This document shows, piece after piece, positions 19,997 to 30,284 of a stretch of 64,000 nt of DNA (position 1 is the stretch's first letter; every line of letters starts with the position of its first letter). The stretch covers positions 42,852-106,851 of the forward strand of contig JBGCFM010000100.1 of the NCBI GenBank assembly GCA_045106895.1, written 5' to 3'. Origin of the DNA: Polyangiales bacterium. Its GTDB lineage: Bacteria; Myxococcota_A; Polyangia; Polyangiales; Houyiibacteriaceae. The position numbers and the translations under genes were made by a program. The notes below the pieces were generated by a model. That model was not told where the DNA came from. It saw only the letters and a program-made list of their open reading frames with translations, and searched no databases.

Positions 19997-21421
19997 ATGT
20001 CGCTCACCGATTCGATTCCCAACAATGTCGACCTTGGCTCCGACCGAAAGCTGCTTCGTGCGCTTGAGAAGTGGCAGCCCAACTTCCTCTCCTGGTGGAA
20101 CGATATGGGCCCCGAAGGGTTCCAAGAAGACCGAATCTGGCTGAGGACGGCAACGAGCGTCGATGCCAGCGGATGGGCGAACTACGACTACGTGAAGATG
20201 CCGGACTACCGGTGGGGCATTTTCCTCACACCGCGCGACGGCGAACGAAACATTGGTTTTGGTGACACCGCAGACCAGAAAGTCTGGGACGAGGTCCCCG
20301 GCGAGTTCCGCGGCATGCTTCGGCGCATCATTGTGACCCAGGCAGACACGGAGCCTGCGAGCGTCGAGCAGCAGCGCCTTCTCGGCAAGACCGCACCGAG
20401 CCTCTACGACCTGCGAAACCTCTTCCAGATCAACGTCGAAGAGGGACGTCATCTTTGGGCGATGGTTCACTTGCTTCACCAGTACTTCGGCCGCGATGGT
20501 CGCGAAGAGGCGGAGGCACTCCTCGAGCGCCGCAGTGGCGACGTCGACAAGCCACGTATCCTGAACACCTTCAACGAAAGCACCGATGAGTGGCTCTCGT
20601 TCTTCATGTTCGCGATGTTCACGGACCGCGACGGTAAGTACCAGCTCTCGGCCCTGAGCGAATCTGGCTTCGACCCGCTAGCGCGCGCCACGCAGTTCAT
20701 GCTCACGGAAGAGGCGTTCCACCTCAGCGTCGGTGAAAACGGCGTGGGCCGCGTTGTGCAGCGCGCCGTGGAGGCGACGATCAAGGACTCCAATGGTGAC
20801 GCCCGCGCCCAAGGCGCCGTCGACCTTCCGACGATTCAGAAGTGGATCAACTTCTGGTTCTCCAGCGCCGTTGAACTCTTCGGCGGCGAGATCAGCTCCA
20901 ACGCCGCCGACTACTTCGCGACGGGTCTCAAGGGCCGGCATCAGGAGATGAAGAAGTACGAAGACCACACGAGCCTCGGCGGCGTGTACAACATCCCCGT
21001 TCTGAAGAACGGCAAGATCACCCACGAAGAGGTCCCAGAGCGAACGGCGATGAACGAGCTGCTTCGCGACGAGTACGTGGCGGACTGCGAACGCGCCTGC
21101 GCCCGATGGAACAAGATCATCGCTGCCGGCGGCATCACGGACTTCCAGCTCAAGATTCCAAATCGCCGCTTCAACCGGCAGATGGGCATCTACGCCGGCA
21201 CGCACTTCTCTCCCGAGGGAGAGCTCATCAGCGCCGCGGAGTTCACCAAGGGCGCTGAGCAGTGGCTGCCCACGCCGTCGGACCGAGACTACGTGCGCTC
21301 TCTCATGACGCCGGTTTACGAAGCAGGTGAGTTCGCCTCTTGGATCGCCCCTCCGCGCAAGGGCGTGAAGGGCAAGGCCGTCGACTTCGAGTACGTTCAG
21401 TTCATGGACGCCGCAGAATAG
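19997..21421 (+). CDS. boxB: Benzoyl-CoA 2,3-epoxidase diiron subunit
   Basis: IPNNVDL, YVKMPDYRWGIFL, QADTEPASVEQQ, EEGRHLWAM, DRDGKYQL and EEAFH motifs, including the diiron ligands. Confidence 0.95.
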   Translation: MSLTDSIPNNVDLGSDRKLLRALEKWQPNFLSWWNDMGPEGFQEDRIWLRTATSVDASGWANYDYVKMPDYRWGIFLTPRDGERNIGFGDTADQKVWDEVPGEFRGMLRRIIVTQADTEPASVEQQRLLGKTAPSLYDLRNLFQINVEEGRHLWAMVHLLHQYFGRDGREEAEALLERRSGDVDKPRILNTFNESTDEWLSFFMFAMFTDRDGKYQLSALSESGFDPLARATQFMLTEEAFHLSVGENGVGRVVQRAVEATIKDSNGDARAQGAVDLPTIQKWINFWFSSAVELFGGEISSNAADYFATGLKGRHQEMKKYEDHTSLGGVYNIPVLKNGKITHEEVPERTAMNELLRDEYVADCERACARWNKIIAAGGITDFQLKIPNRRFNRQMGIYAGTHFSPEGELISAAEFTKGAEQWLPTPSDRDYVRSLMTPVYEAGEFASWIAPPRKGVKGKAVDFEYVQFMDAAE

Positions 21422-21551
21422 CGATTGATACGGGGTTTTTCCCCGTTCCAACGCGATTTTGACGCTTGCCCGCAAGGTCCGAACGCCCCGTCCCAAATCG
21501 AGGTGATCGGAACTTGAGTTTCTGGGCCCGCCCAGGGCACTATGCGCGCTC

Positions 21552-23384
21552 ATGGGGCGCGTCATTGGCATCGATCTCGGTACCACCAACTGCTGCGTCG
21601 CGGTGATGGAAGGGAATGTCCCTGCGGTCATCGCCAACAAGCAGGGGTACACGACGACGCCTTCCATCGTGGGTATCGCCGAGGACGGGAAGCGCGTCGT
21701 CGGACAGCTTGCCTCGCGGCAGGCGATCACGAATGCAGAGCACACGGTTTACGCGACGAAGCGGCTGATCGGTCGCCAGTTCGACTCGCCCCAAGTTCAG
21801 CAGTCGCAGCAGTCCGTTCCGTTCAAGATCGTCGCCGGCCCCTACAACGATGTGCGCATCGAGCTTCGTCAGAAGCAGTACAGCATCCCCGAAATCAGCG
21901 CGATGCTGCTTCAAGAGATGCGAGTCATCGCCGAGGAGCATCTGCAGGAGGAAGTCGATCAGGCGGTCATTACCGTCCCCGCTTACTTCAACGATGCGCA
22001 GCGTCAGGCGGTGCGCGACGCGGGGCTCATCGCTGGCCTCGATGTGCTGCGCATCATCAACGAACCGACGGCGGCGGCGCTCGCCTACGGTTTTCATCGC
22101 TCCGAGAACCGCACCCTCGCGGTGTACGACCTCGGTGGCGGCACCTTCGACATCTCCATCGTTCAAGTCACCGAAGGCGGCGTGTTCCGCGTCATCGCGA
22201 CGACGGGCGACTCCTTTCTCGGCGGCGAAGACTTCGACGCTCGTATCATGGCGTGGCTTATCCGCGGGTTCCAGGTTCAAGAGAACATCGACCTGCGGAA
22301 GTCCCCCGTTGCACTTCAGCGACTCAAGCAAGCGGCCCAAACCGCGAAGTGTGAACTTTCAGAACTCGATTCCACCGAGATTCAGCTTCCGTTCATTCAT
22401 TCCGGGACCAGCGGTCCGCTCAACATGCACTACGCGATCACGCGGGCTCAGCTGGAGAAGCTGACTCGCGACCTGGTCGAACGCACGCTCTTCATCTGCG
22501 AGCGTGCCATGCAAATCGGGAGCTTGCAGAAGCACGACATCGACGAAGTCGTTCTCGTTGGAGGCATGACCCGCATGCCGCTCGTGCAGACTCAGGTCGC
22601 AGAGTTTTTCGGTCGCTCTCCCAGCAAGGGCGTACATCCCGACGAGGTCGTAGCCCTTGGCGCGGCGATTCAGGGAGCCGCCCTCGCCCACGAAATCGAC
22701 GACGTCTCCCTCGAGGACGTCACGGCACACGCTCTGGGCATCGCCACCGCGGGCGACCACTTTGACGTGATCATTCCAGGCAACACACGTGTGCCTTGCC
22801 GTGTCCCAAGCCTGTTCACCACCTCACGTGACGGCCAAGACCGGGTTAAAATTGTCGTGCTCCAGGGCGAGAGCACGAGCGCGAGCGATAACGACTTCTT
22901 GCAAGAGTTTGCCCTCACAAACCTTCGACGTGCCCCGGCGGGTGAGCTGGAAGTCGAGGTCGCGTTCACCATCGACGAAGACGGAATCTTCAGCGTCAAC
23001 GCCAAGGACCTTGAGACCGGCGAAGAGACCTACGTCGAGATCACCGGCGATTCGATGGATGACGAAGAGCTCGACCGCATGAGCTCCGAGAGCACGGAGT
23101 ACCTGGAGGAACGCCGCGCCGAAGAGGCGGCGGAACGCATGACCCAGGGAGTGCACACCCTCATCGCAGACCTCGAGCGGATGTTCCCCGATGCAGAACG
23201 ATGGGCCGCTGGAAACCCAATGCACACGTTGACCATCACCCATGCGCGACACGCGACGGCGACGGCCCGAGGCTCCCTCGCGACGGGACGCCGCGGAGAG
23301 CTCGCCGAGCAGCTCGTCATCCTCGAGGACGCCAAGGCGATGCTTGAGAAGCTCCTCCGTGAATCCGACGGCCAGCGCCGCTAG
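21552..23384 (+). CDS. Hsp70/DnaK-family paralog
   Basis: GIDLGTTN, TVPAYFND, NEPTAAALAYG, DLGGGTFD and LVGGMTRMP motifs. The linker and substrate-binding domain are divergent, and no dnaJ or grpE is nearby. Confidence 0.9.
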   Translation: MGRVIGIDLGTTNCCVAVMEGNVPAVIANKQGYTTTPSIVGIAEDGKRVVGQLASRQAITNAEHTVYATKRLIGRQFDSPQVQQSQQSVPFKIVAGPYNDVRIELRQKQYSIPEISAMLLQEMRVIAEEHLQEEVDQAVITVPAYFNDAQRQAVRDAGLIAGLDVLRIINEPTAAALAYGFHRSENRTLAVYDLGGGTFDISIVQVTEGGVFRVIATTGDSFLGGEDFDARIMAWLIRGFQVQENIDLRKSPVALQRLKQAAQTAKCELSELDSTEIQLPFIHSGTSGPLNMHYAITRAQLEKLTRDLVERTLFICERAMQIGSLQKHDIDEVVLVGGMTRMPLVQTQVAEFFGRSPSKGVHPDEVVALGAAIQGAALAHEIDDVSLEDVTAHALGIATAGDHFDVIIPGNTRVPCRVPSLFTTSRDGQDRVKIVVLQGESTSASDNDFLQEFALTNLRRAPAGELEVEVAFTIDEDGIFSVNAKDLETGEETYVEITGDSMDDEELDRMSSESTEYLEERRAEEAAERMTQGVHTLIADLERMFPDAERWAAGNPMHTLTITHARHATATARGSLATGRRGELAEQLVILEDAKAMLEKLLRESDGQRR

Positions 23385-23463
23385 TACTCCATCTCAGAAG
23401 TTCTGACTGGTTGAGCGCGAGATTCGTCCGCCCCCTTGCACGGGGTCATTCTCGGCCACATGC

Positions 23464-23489
23464 TTTTATTGACCACTTGGTCAATAAAA
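23464..23489. promoter_or_regulatory. Perfect 12-bp inverted repeat, probable TetR operator
   Basis: TTTTATTGACCA-CT-TGGTCAATAAAA, 14 bp upstream of the SDR ATG. It contains a TTGACC -35-like hexamer, and the operon encodes a TetR. Confidence 0.8.
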
Positions 23490-23503
23490 AGGAAAACTTC
23501 GAC

Positions 23504-24346
23504 ATGAAACGAATCTGGATTGCAGGATCGACGGGATATTTGGGTGCGTTTGTGGTGCAAGAGTGTGTCGACGCAGGGTTTGAGGTGGATGCACTGGTTC
23601 GGCGCTCGCCGGAACGCATGGAGGCGATGGGTGCGAAGGCCGTGGTGGCCGAGGCCACCATCCCCGCGTCCTTTGCGCACTCCCTCGACGGCGTGGATGT
23701 GGTGATCAGCTGCCTCGGGATCACGCGGCAGAAGGACGGGCTGTCCTACGAGGACGTCGACTACCAGGCGAACCTCAACATCCTCGAGGCCGCGAAAAGC
23801 GCGGGCGTCGGACACTTCATCTATGTCTCCGTTTTCCGAGGAGATGAGTTGCGGCACACCTCGATGGTCGGCGCCAAAGAGCGCTTCGTGGAGGCACTGC
23901 GCAAGTCCGGAATCGCCTACTCCATCGTTCGGCCAACAGGCTTCTACTCCGACATGGGCGAGTTTCTAACGATGGCAAAGGCAGGCCGCGCCTGGCTCTT
24001 TGGGGATGGTAGCCAACGGCTCAACCCGATCCACGGCGCCGACCTGGCGGAGGCCATCGTGAGGCTCGTGGATCAACCCACCGAAGTCCTCAACATTGGC
24101 GGCCCCGAGGTGCTTACCATGCGCGAGATCGCGGCTCTTGCATTTGAGGCCATCGACGAACCGATGAAGGTGTCTTCCGTTCCGATGTGGGTCGCCCGCG
24201 CCGCCGAACACGTCCTGCCTTCTGTCACCCCGCGCTCTTTCTACGGACCCGTCGAGATGTTCTTGGCGGCGGCGCGCCTTTCGATGGAAGCCCCATGCTA
24301 TGGGTCACGCACCCTCGCCGACTACTACCGCGAGGTCGCCGACTAA
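23504..24346 (+). CDS. NAD(P)-binding atypical SDR (NmrA/NAD_binding_10 family)
   Basis: IAGSTGYLG Rossmann motif, VDYQAN, VRPTGFY, NPIHGADLA and GGPE; AAGGA SD. Confidence 0.85.
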   Translation: MKRIWIAGSTGYLGAFVVQECVDAGFEVDALVRRSPERMEAMGAKAVVAEATIPASFAHSLDGVDVVISCLGITRQKDGLSYEDVDYQANLNILEAAKSAGVGHFIYVSVFRGDELRHTSMVGAKERFVEALRKSGIAYSIVRPTGFYSDMGEFLTMAKAGRAWLFGDGSQRLNPIHGADLAEAIVRLVDQPTEVLNIGGPEVLTMREIAALAFEAIDEPMKVSSVPMWVARAAEHVLPSVTPRSFYGPVEMFLAAARLSMEAPCYGSRTLADYYREVAD

Positions 24347-24348
24347 CC

Positions 24349-24879
24349 ATGCCAAAAATCGTCGACCACGAAGCTTATCGAGCAGAGCTCGCCGCCGGCG
24401 CGATTCAAGTGTTCCGCCGACATGGCTTTCATGGGCTCGGCATGCGGAAGATCGCCGAAGAGCTGGGTGTCTCAAAAGGCACGCTCTATCACTACTTTCC
24501 GAGCAAGAAGGCGCTCTTCGAGGCGTGCTCCGCCGTCGTCACGGAGTTCGATTTCGACGCTCTCCCAGCCGGTGCTAGCGCGAGCGTACGTTTCGAGGCC
24601 TTGGTCGCGGTGGCGCTTCAGCTCGACGCCGACTTTCGAGGAGAGCTCTCTTTGCTGGTGGACTATGTTCGGCCGCTTTCGCAGAAAGACGTTCGGGTCA
24701 ACCCTCTCTTGCGGCGCGCGCTCGGAGCATTCGAAGACGCAGTCGCCAAAATCGTGGGCGAGGAGCAAGCCTCCGCGGCTCTGCGCCAGCTCCTCGGGAT
24801 TCTGGTGATGCGTATCTTCGACGGCGGCCAAAGTGACTTTGAGACCCTTCGGCCCTTCTGCGAAGACAAGGCTCAATAG
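24349..24879 (+). CDS. TetR/AcrR-family transcriptional regulator
   Basis: MPKIVDH...GMRKIAEELGVSKGTLYHYFPSKKALF HTH; starts 2 bp after the SDR stop. Confidence 0.92.
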   Translation: MPKIVDHEAYRAELAAGAIQVFRRHGFHGLGMRKIAEELGVSKGTLYHYFPSKKALFEACSAVVTEFDFDALPAGASASVRFEALVAVALQLDADFRGELSLLVDYVRPLSQKDVRVNPLLRRALGAFEDAVAKIVGEEQASAALRQLLGILVMRIFDGGQSDFETLRPFCEDKAQ

Positions 24880-24920
24880 ACGCAAAGAGAAGCGGATGTG
24901 TCAGTGCCGTTTGCTATAGC

Positions 24921-26159
24921 GTGGGCGAGATGTTCCGCGCGCTTCACACCTCAGACTGGCACCTCGGGCACATGCTCCGAAACCGTTTCGATCGCGCCGC
25001 GGAACATGACGCGTTCTTGGCGTGGCTCCTCGAACAAATAGCGACGCATGAGGCAGATGCCCTCCTCGTCGCCGGTGACATCTACCAAACGTCCAATCCA
25101 CCAGCGCACGCCGAACAACGCTTCTACGACTTCTTAGCGCGTCTCCGCGGGGTCGCGCCGGATACCGACGTCGTGATCATCGCAGGCAACCACGACTCAG
25201 CGTCCCGGCTTCAGGCGGCACGTGGTCTCTACGGCGCGATCGGCGTCCACGTCGTTGGCGCACTCCCCGTCGGCTCGGATCTTTCGGCCGCGGTGGTGCG
25301 CCTCGAAGGACGAACGGGGAGTGTCTGTGTGGCAGCGGTGCCTTTCCTGCGTCCGTCGGACCTCTCGCCGGAGCTCGTGCGCGAGGGCGGACTCGCCGCC
25401 GGCGTCGAGGAACGCTACAGGTCCACGCTGGAGCTCGCTCGAAGTAGACGTCAAACAGATGACGCGCTCATCGTCATGGGCCACGGTCACTTGCTAGGCG
25501 GCCACACCAGCGAGCACTCCGAACGCGACCTGGTGCGGGGCAACGAAGACGCGCTCCCGCTGACGATCTTTGGTGATGACTTTAGCTACGCGGCGCTCGG
25601 ACACCTCCACCTCGCGCAGAGCGTCGAGGGAGGTCCCGCACCAGTGCGCTATTGCGGCTCCCCCATCCCGCTCTCGATGGGCGAAGCCTCCTATCCGCAC
25701 CAAGTCTTGCGGGTCGACTTTGAGGGTCGAGATGTGTCTCAGATCGTCCCGCTCCTCATTCCCCGCGCCGTAGAGTTGGTGCGCATTGGTGCCGGCGACG
25801 CGAAGCCCCTCGATGAGACCCTCCAAACGTTACGCGAGTATGACTTCGGCGAACTTCGACAGCCGGCTTTTCAACCGATGCTTGAAGTCAGTGTGTTCAT
25901 CGACGCCCCCACGCCAGACCTCAACGAGCAGGTCCACGCCGCCATCGCCGAGCGAGGCGTGCGCCTCGTTCGTATTCACCCGGTGCGAGCGGCCTCTATG
26001 GAGACTCGCCTCGGAGACACCCTCGTCGAAACGGACCTAAGCGACCTCGACCCAGAACACGTGCTCATCGAGATGCACCGTCTCCGACACGACTCGCCGC
26101 CGCGTGACGAACTTCTCCGCGCGTTCCGTGAGCTACGTGCAGAAGTCGAGGCGCGTTAG
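24921..26159 (+). CDS. sbcD: Exonuclease SbcCD nuclease subunit
   Basis: LHTSDWHLG, AGDIY, AGNHDS, ALGHLH and RYCGSP motifs. The start could instead be ATG 24930. Confidence 0.93.
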   Translation: MGEMFRALHTSDWHLGHMLRNRFDRAAEHDAFLAWLLEQIATHEADALLVAGDIYQTSNPPAHAEQRFYDFLARLRGVAPDTDVVIIAGNHDSASRLQAARGLYGAIGVHVVGALPVGSDLSAAVVRLEGRTGSVCVAAVPFLRPSDLSPELVREGGLAAGVEERYRSTLELARSRRQTDDALIVMGHGHLLGGHTSEHSERDLVRGNEDALPLTIFGDDFSYAALGHLHLAQSVEGGPAPVRYCGSPIPLSMGEASYPHQVLRVDFEGRDVSQIVPLLIPRAVELVRIGAGDAKPLDETLQTLREYDFGELRQPAFQPMLEVSVFIDAPTPDLNEQVHAAIAERGVRLVRIHPVRAASMETRLGDTLVETDLSDLDPEHVLIEMHRLRHDSPPRDELLRAFRELRAEVEAR

Positions 26160-29100
26160 GTGCGTATTCTCGCTATTCGAGGAGAGAACCTCGCCAGCCT
26201 CGCGGCGCCCTTCGACCTACGCTTCGATGAGCCGCCCATTGAGTCGAGCCGGATCTTCGCCATCGTCGGGGCCACCGGAGCGGGCAAGAGCACCATCCTC
26301 GACGCCCTGTGCCTTGCGCTCTTTCACCGGACTCCGCGGCTCGGCGACATGGCCGGAGGAACGGACGTTAGCGACGGGGACGAACGCATCAAAAGCTACG
26401 ACCCGCGCGCGCTCTTGCATCGCGGCGCCACCGCCGCATTCGCCGAATGCGACTTTGAGGGACAAGATGGCGGGCTCTATCGAGCACGCTGGAGCGTCCG
26501 TCGCGCGAAAAGCGGACGCCTCCAACCCGCGAAGCCAGAGCTCTTTCACTTGGACTCGGGCGTTGCCATCGGCCGTACGAAAGGCGAGGTCGCGGCGGAA
26601 GTCGGTCAACGCCTAGGCCTCGACTTCGAGCAGTTTCGGCGCTCCGTGCTCCTCGCGCAGGGAGACTTCGCCGCGTTTCTTCGCGCCTCACCGACGGAAC
26701 GCGGAGAGCTCCTCGCGAGCATGACGTCGACCATGGTGTACGGCGAGTTGAGCCGCGCCGCTCACCAGCGAGCTCGCGACGAACACATCAAGCTCCGCGA
26801 GCGGCGCGTTTCCTCCGAACAGCTCGCCCCGCTAAGCGACAAAGAGCGCCAGAAGCTCGATTCGCAAACGAAGGAGTTGGACGCCAAGCGAATCGTGCTC
26901 TCTCAGTCTCTTCTAGAACGCCGAAAACGCGTCGATGTGTTGGCGCAGGATGAGAGGCTACAGCTCGCCGTCGACTCCACCGCGTCGCTCGTCGAGGCGG
27001 AGAGGCAGCGCGCCCGGGACATCGGCCCGCGACGTCAGGCGCTCCAAGACGCGCGCTCCGCAGACCGTTTTCGGGACGTGATTCGCGCCGTTGAAGAACG
27101 GCGCGCCGCCCATCTCAAGACCGCCGGGCAAGTCGAAGTGGCGCAAGGCACCGTGCGCGAACGCGAGCGCCACCTGGTTGTTCTTCGGCAAAAGAGCGAC
27201 GCCCATCTTGAGCGTCGGCGCAGCTTCGATGCGCAGGCTTCTCCCTTTGAAGCCGAACAAGAACAAGCCACCAGCCTTGATGCTGCGATTTCCGCTGCGA
27301 AAGACACCGTTGCGCGCTGCGACGATGAGCGGAGCAAGGCCCGAACAGAGCGCGACACCCTAAAGGCAACTCAGAGCGGCCGGCGAAAAGCGATGGCGCG
27401 GCTCGAGGCGGAGGAGGCTCTCGACACAGCGTGGCTGAATGAACGCACATATCGCGCACGCGGTCTCGTCGCCATGACGCTCGAGAAGGTTCAGACGCAC
27501 GCCGGGTTATCCGCTGAGGTCCTCACGAATGAGGCCGAGGAAGACGGAACTCGGCGCGCCCTCGTGTCGCTTCGAGCGGAAGCGCTCGCCCTTGGCGAAG
27601 AGGTCACGAGGGCCAAGCAGGCGTGGACGGCCGCTGACACGGCCATGCGCGCCGGTGAGGCCGGGGTCGTCGCGCCTCGGCAGGCGCGCCTCGAGAGGCT
27701 GCAGGAAGCGTTTCAAGCCCGAGGGGCGCTGACGCGGGCGGCAGAGACTCGACGCGACGCGGAGAGGGAACTCGCGACGCGCGCGAAAGCGGCGGAGGAC
27801 GCGCACCGACAACAGGAAGCGATCCGTTCTGAGAGCGGCCTCAGCGCGGCGGCGCTGAAGAAGGCACAGGCAGAGTTCGCTCAGCGCACGGCGGCGTTCG
27901 AAGAAGCGGAACGCGCCCGCGTCGCGCAGCACCTTGCCGAACACCTCATCGACGGCGAGGCCTGTCCTGTTTGTGGGTCGCCGGAGCATCCATCTACGCC
28001 CGAGATTGTCGAAAGCGAGGAGGCAACGTCCCTTCGCGAAGCCAAAGAGCACGCCGCCACTCTGGCGCATTCGCTTAGTCAGTCGCATGCGGATATCCGT
28101 GAACGAAAGGGAGCCGCCGACACTCAAGCACGTCTGAGTGTCGAAAGGCAGGCGGCGGCCCAGGCGGTCTGCGAGGAGGGCAAAGCCAGCGAGGCGGTGC
28201 TCGCAGAAGCCTATCGGCGGGCACTTCTCGCGACGGATGGAACCCTTCCGGCAGACTCCGTCCCTGGCCTCGTTCACGCGACAAAGAGCCTCGCGCTGCA
28301 GCCGAGCGACGCCCTTGATGAGGCCCTCAAACGCGCAAAGGCGGAGCTCGCCGACGCCCTCGCCGCAAGCGCACAGGCGCAGGCAAACAATGCGCGCCGC
28401 GACCGAGCTTACGCCGTCCGTGAGGCCGCCGAGCGGGCTCTCGAGCGCGTGGCCGAACGAATCAAGGCCGCCGATGGGCGCCTCCGAACTCTTCAAAAAC
28501 GACTCAGCGAAGTCCGCGCCACGCAGGAGGCCCTCGAGAGGGAACTCGACGAGTTGGCGGGCCCTTCTTGGCGTGACGCCGGCTTCGTAGACACACTGGA
28601 AAGCGACCGGGTCAAACTCCCGTCGCTCCGAGAGAACTTCGACGAGCGACGAATGCGGCTCGTTCAACTGCACGCTCGCGCGAGTGATGCAAGCGAGCGC
28701 GAGCAAGAGCTCGTGGCATTGGCTGCGATGCGCGAGAAGGCTGCCGATGACGCACGTTCCGCGCTGGACGAACTACAGACATCACGGACCAAGCTCTTGG
28801 GCGGGCTTAGCGTGGCAGCCGCCCGCGCGAAGCGAGCGCTCCAAGACAACGAGCTGCGCGAGAACGCGAACACGCACCAAAGCCTGGTGGGCGAAGCAGA
28901 ACGATTGAGCGTCGCCGGGCACGCGAACCTCGATTCTCTTCGAGACGAACTCGCGCGCCGCAACGAAGCCCTCACCGCTGCAGAGGCAGAGCTAAAGACT
29001 AGGCTTGCCGAAGCTCGCGTGGACGAGGCCTTCGTGCGTACCCACCTGGCCTCACCCCTCGACCGAGACCACGAAGAACACGCCTTGCGAAAGATCGACG

Positions 29101-29960
29101 AAGCGTTGAGCAACGCGGGGGTGCGTCATGACCAAGCGAAAAAGGAGCAACGACTTCACCGTGAAGCCCACGCCGTCGTTTTCGGCGAGCCTCAAGCTGT
29201 GCCCTTGCAGGGAGACCTCTTTGCACCGCCCGTCGTCGAGATTCCGGTGCTCGATATCGCCGCGCTACGGGCATCAGAGACGGAGGCCCTCACGCGGACT
29301 GAAGGCGAGAGCCGACACCTCGAACGTCAGCTCATCGACGCGCGAGCCGCACAACAGCGCGATGACGAGGCGCGCCGAAACGCTGCGACCTTGGACGATG
29401 ACCTAAAGGCGCTGGAGGCAGGAACCAAGGTCTGGGATGAACTCGCCGACCTCATCGGCTCCAGCGATGGGAAGAAGTTCCAGCTATTCGCTCAAGGTCT
29501 GACTCTGGACATTCTTCTGGGTCACGCCAACGTTCAGCTGAGGCGCCTGTTCCCACGCTACGAGCTGGAGCGAACGCCGGGCAGCGACCTGTCCATCCAG
29601 GTCGCCGACCAGGACATGGGCGGCGTGATCCGCAGCATCGATACTCTCAGTGGCGGCGAAACATTCATCGTGTCCCTCGCCCTCGCGCTCGCGCTCGCGG
29701 GTTTGTCGGCGGGCCAGATGCCTCTGCGGACACTCTTCATTGACGAGGGATTTGGAAGTCTCGACGCCGCTTCCCTAGAGACCGTCCTCGATGTGCTCGA
29801 TGCCGTTCAAGCCGAAGGCAAACAGATCGGTATTATCTCCCACGTGGCAGACATCGCCGAGCGCTTCCGCGTACGGGTCACCGTCGAACGCGAAAGCGAA
29901 GGTCGGAGCCTCGTCACCGTTCATCCGCGCCCGACTCCAGCGCTACGAGAAGCCCGGTAG
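26160..29960 (+). CDS. sbcC: Exonuclease SbcCD SMC/Rad50-like ATPase subunit
   Basis: Walker A GATGAGKS, LLAQGDF Q-loop, CPVCGS zinc hook, LSGGE signature, LFIDEGFGSLD Walker B, ISHV and a long coiled coil. Confidence 0.93.
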   Translation: MRILAIRGENLASLAAPFDLRFDEPPIESSRIFAIVGATGAGKSTILDALCLALFHRTPRLGDMAGGTDVSDGDERIKSYDPRALLHRGATAAFAECDFEGQDGGLYRARWSVRRAKSGRLQPAKPELFHLDSGVAIGRTKGEVAAEVGQRLGLDFEQFRRSVLLAQGDFAAFLRASPTERGELLASMTSTMVYGELSRAAHQRARDEHIKLRERRVSSEQLAPLSDKERQKLDSQTKELDAKRIVLSQSLLERRKRVDVLAQDERLQLAVDSTASLVEAERQRARDIGPRRQALQDARSADRFRDVIRAVEERRAAHLKTAGQVEVAQGTVRERERHLVVLRQKSDAHLERRRSFDAQASPFEAEQEQATSLDAAISAAKDTVARCDDERSKARTERDTLKATQSGRRKAMARLEAEEALDTAWLNERTYRARGLVAMTLEKVQTHAGLSAEVLTNEAEEDGTRRALVSLRAEALALGEEVTRAKQAWTAADTAMRAGEAGVVAPRQARLERLQEAFQARGALTRAAETRRDAERELATRAKAAEDAHRQQEAIRSESGLSAAALKKAQAEFAQRTAAFEEAERARVAQHLAEHLIDGEACPVCGSPEHPSTPEIVESEEATSLREAKEHAATLAHSLSQSHADIRERKGAADTQARLSVERQAAAQAVCEEGKASEAVLAEAYRRALLATDGTLPADSVPGLVHATKSLALQPSDALDEALKRAKAELADALAASAQAQANNARRDRAYAVREAAERALERVAERIKAADGRLRTLQKRLSEVRATQEALERELDELAGPSWRDAGFVDTLESDRVKLPSLRENFDERRMRLVQLHARASDASEREQELVALAAMREKAADDARSALDELQTSRTKLLGGLSVAAARAKRALQDNELRENANTHQSLVGEAERLSVAGHANLDSLRDELARRNEALTAAEAELKTRLAEARVDEAFVRTHLASPLDRDHEEHALRKIDEALSNAGVRHDQAKKEQRLHREAHAVVFGEPQAVPLQGDLFAPPVVEIPVLDIAALRASETEALTRTEGESRHLERQLIDARAAQQRDDEARRNAATLDDDLKALEAGTKVWDELADLIGSSDGKKFQLFAQGLTLDILLGHANVQLRRLFPRYELERTPGSDLSIQVADQDMGGVIRSIDTLSGGETFIVSLALALALAGLSAGQMPLRTLFIDEGFGSLDAASLETVLDVLDAVQAEGKQIGIISHVADIAERFRVRVTVERESEGRSLVTVHPRPTPALREAR

Positions 29961-30284
29961 GCTCCAGCGTTTCTCAAGCCACGAGAGAAGCTCTCGCTCC
30001 GCGTCATCGATCCCATCTGAGAGTGCGATGCGCGTCAGGACTCCGTAGATCCACTCGCGCATTTCTGGCCGAACCTCATCGATGAGCACGACGAGTTCCG
30101 CTCGCTCCAGGAGGCTCGTTTCGTTCATCCGCGACCACAGGTCCGGCGCCTCGATCTCGCGCGCGAGCGCCGACACGGCGACGACCTCTTCGGGGGAAAG
30201 GACGCCGTCCATTCGGGTCATCAGGCGAACCAGTCCCGCAAAGGCGGTCTGCTCCTGCTCACTCATGTCCGCGTACGGGGTCAC
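29943..30284 (-). CDS. TerB-like small helical protein
   Basis: MDGVLSPEE and ALSDGIDDAERELL resemble TerB motifs. The 3' end overlaps sbcC convergently, and the start is uncertain. Confidence 0.6.
   Translation of the reverse strand: MTPYADMSEQEQTAFAGLVRLMTRMDGVLSPEEVVAVSALAREIEAPDLWSRMNETSLLERAELVVLIDEVRPEMREWIYGVLTRIALSDGIDDAERELLSWLEKRWSLPGFS

Noticed and set aside
24921..30284. SbcCD plus TerB as an anti-phage (Wadjet/Lamassu-like) system
   Set aside because: It is a canonical sbcD-sbcC pair with a zinc hook and no effector or kleisin genes; the TerB-like gene is convergent, not co-transcribed.
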